Assembly: GCF_000981445.1 (NCBI RefSeq)
Contig: NC_027217.1
Location: 1,240,001 to 1,304,000, forward strand
Direction of reading: 5' to 3'
Source: Babesia bigemina
Lineage: Eukaryota
Length of the DNA: 64,000 bases
The stretch's first letter is position 1; each line of letters starts with the position of its first letter. Position numbers and translations under genes: made by a program. Positions 61,029 to 64,000 of this stretch are shown here, piece after piece. The notes under the pieces were generated by a model, which saw only the letters and a program-made list of their open reading frames with translations, was not told the origin of the DNA and did not search any database.

Positions 61029-63359
61029 ATGATAATGGTGCCGCCTTATGTCCAACAACCCGGGCGTACCAACGGGCAAGCAGCCCCCGTGTGTAGGCAC
61101 ATACACGGCCCATATCACGCAATATTGGGTCTGGTAAATAGCATAGGGGACCCCTTGTATGGAATATCCTGTGGGATTTCACAGAAGACAACTTGGCGGC
61201 CTGCAGTGCCAACTACGCTGCCAGAGGTCGCTATGCTGAAGCAAGGTGTGGACGACACACAGGACTTTTTCACGTTAAAGGATATATGCTTTGATTGTTG
61301 GCGTGCGTTGGTGTTCCACAATGAGGGGTTCCAGAATTTAGAGGATATTCTGGAACACCCTAAACTGCACCAACGCTTTGAGCAACTGTGTACATTCGAC
61401 CGCAGTGATGGAGCAACCTGCAGATTCTGCAGCGCTTCCACACTGCCTGCAGCAGTCACGGTCAAGGATGACGTTCTGTTCGAGCCTAATGAGGCCCTCC
61501 GGACGATAAATTTTGATGGGTGGAATCTTGAGAACCTCTTCTCGAACACAGCTGTAGCAGCTGAGACCTGCGCAGCCCCGAATAAAATAGTGTCGAGAGA
61601 GTGCACTGTTTCAAGGGGATTTAACCTCTGCGTTCTGGCCGTGCACTTTGCACGCACGTTCGGACGTGATAAGAGGTATCCTGCAACATTCGCAAAAAAT
61701 TGCATAAGACTGAACCTCACAGAAAATGCAGTGGCACATTTCAATAGCATGTGGCGTAGCAGAATAGCTATAGCATCTAATTTCGTGAGAGAAACTTCCG
61801 CCATCACCTCAGATGCCGATGATCTTACGTTACTCATACGCGCCTACTTCGACAACGCAGACAATGCAGTGAAACCAAACCTTGAGATATACGAAAAACG
61901 TCTGAAGGCTGTGATTATAGGTATACTCGAAAACGAATTTGATACATTCGTGTCGGATTATCAACCTCTGTTCCGCTATATCGACCGCATATACCACGAA
62001 GACAAGCTCCTCTTCGAGCAACTTCTGCGTATACAGATACACGTCTCCTTCGATGTGCATGATCGGCTCAAAATCACGCAATTCGACATGTCTCGAGATG
62101 TAGTCACCTTTGCTGGTAGGTGCATTTTCTTGTTTCGTATCAACCACACCTAAGCGACATTGGAACGGGTCACTTGGTGATTTATGCCTGACTGGGCATT
62201 TCGTTCCCAACTATTCGTTGTGCAGCTGCGTGTTTCCTGAACAATTGCGCTTACTAGAGTATTTGTGCTTTATAATAGATGACAAATGGTCAGTGTATGG
62301 TGGAATTATCACATGATACAACGTACAAATTCAATGGAGTTTTGCATCCTGTGACAGGTTTTTACAACAAATTTGCAAGAGGACTTAGTCAGACTGTGTG
62401 GACTCTCGATAGAAGTGTAAAGGTGAGCATTACCTGCAGACAACACATGCCCGCAGAGCGACCTTTCGGTGGAAGAATGCTTGTGTTTACCATTGCTTAC
62501 GCTGTGCAATGCTGACGCGTATAAGTTTATGGCATCTGGCAGGGAAGACTGTGACGTAAGGACAACAGGCACCGGGAGGAAATTTTGTGTGGAAGTATAC
62601 AATTGCAAAAGAGATCTTTTCCTGGTTTACGAACTCATCCATAAACTCGGGCGAAAGACTGCTATGTCTCACGACCACAACCATGAGGAATCATGCCAGC
62701 ATATCGCGTGTCTGGGTGAACTCGAAAAGGTTAAAGATGGCTTGCAAGTCAGTGTCACAGGTGGACCGAGGGACCACTACTTTTTACTTGCGGGGAAGCA
62801 ATCCGATGATCAGGAGGCAACTCATCGCATTACTATCGCAGGTGTGCCCAAAATGTCTCTAACCGAAGCATTCGACGGTGGCTCATATGACGGCGCGGCA
62901 GTACCGAGCGCTGCGTGCTTCTACGGGATACGGGTGGTGTTCAATAGCAAAACAGAAAGACAGATCGTACAACGCGACGCCGAAAACAAAAACAAAATGT
63001 ATTCGTGCGTAGTTATCGCTGAAGAACCAATAACGCTAGAGGACTTAAAGGCGCTGCCACAAGGGCCGATCACCATATCGCAGTGCAATCCCATACGCAC
63101 CAGCCATCGCAAAAGCCAATGTAAAAGAGAGCGCCAAATACATCGCATCAGTGCTGAACCGATACATCCAAGAATGTTTCTGCTACACCTCACAACGCAA
63201 GCTGGTAAGAGTGGCGTACTAAATCATCTAAATAACGCAGGTACATATATCAAAGAATTTGTGAGCGGCGATTTCGGTCGGACGACGCCATCAATAAAAG
63301 CGATGCTTGGAGGAAAAACTGTGTACGTTGCACACTTGGACGTAGTGGATTTCTCGTAA
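61029..63359 (+). CDS. PUS10: tRNA pseudouridine synthase Pus10 (multi-exon)
   Basis: YNKFARGLSQT.W, FMASGREDCDVR..GTGRKF, Q..PIR..HR, TQAG-TYIKEFVSGDFGRTTPS. Confidence 0.93.
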
Positions 63360-63764
63360 AATGTGCCATACACACCCATCACAGCCTACGCTTCGGAGAA
63401 TTTGGCACGTATCGAGCTGGACAATTACACACCGGGTATATATGGCACCAAAACGTGGTTGGTAGTTAGATGGAAGGTGTCTAGGTGATGTCGCGCGGAA
63501 CACATGATTCCAGATGCCGCTGTTTTTTATGGGGAATACCGCGCGGAAATGTACGGATGGAAGATGCGCTGCTGTACACCACACATTGTCGTAGACACGG
63601 GTATTTTCATTCGTAATTGCTAAAGCGTGTCGTTCTCCGATTCAGTGAAATTTTGGGGGGCCAGTGTGTTGAATACTCGCCGCGGCAGGACACGCAACGG
63701 TGTCTCTACCCCTAACGTAGTTTGATAACCGTATAAATAATTGTAACCGTCACACATTGTAACG

Positions 63765-64000
63765 ATGGCTCGCAATGTGGAGAGCGCGGTCGAGGCGGCC
63801 AGCCATTATGACCCGGAGAAAAGTGAGTATAATGGAGAGCTAATTAAGAGTCTGCAGATGCCGAATGTGATGATTACTGCTTCTCGGAAACAACTCCCAC
63901 CTACATTAGACACGAATTCGTCAGGAAGGTGTTCGGCATTGTCACCATCCAACTCGCTGTAAGTCAGCTTGTACAACGTAGTGCTACGAATCCCTTTCAA
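63765..64000 (+). CDS. 5' part of a gene truncated by the window end
   Basis: [22 protein letters not shown] followed by a GTGAGT donor. Confidence 0.45.

Noticed and set aside
61115..61837. Long antisense ORFs (also 32734-33285, 37426-37956, 35930-36376)
   Set aside because: Shadows of recognised genes on the opposite strand

Overview
Gene-dense eukaryotic chromosome segment from an apicomplexan piroplasm, most likely Babesia. This is inferred from the ~35-nt GT-AG introns, the gene content and a p200-like E/R/A/K repeat antigen. It holds about 35 mostly intron-split genes: proteasome alpha-5, adenosine deaminase, a RAP protein, CstF-64, zinc-finger proteins, a DHHC enzyme, TRM9-like, EBP2, RPF2, Josephin, RPL3, an ENTH protein, EMG1, TFIIS, NRDE2-like, SQT1-like, PRP22, SPT4, GLE1, VPS34, thiolase and PUS10. 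Five observations stand out. (1) A U17/snR30-type H/ACA snoRNA with perfect m1/m2 motifs lies in the RPL3 intron. (2) An ORF has a POT1/TEBP-alpha-like OB-fold pattern. (3) Three tandem paralogous TSP1-motif type-I membrane protein genes share a phase-1 signal-peptide intron, and two of them have TRAP-like acidic Trp tails. (4) The long EMG1 intron holds a strongly structured candidate ncRNA. (5) Gene packing is extreme, including overlapping stop codons. Exon boundaries were derived by hand and some gene ends are approximate. No database searches were run; family calls rest on recognised motifs.
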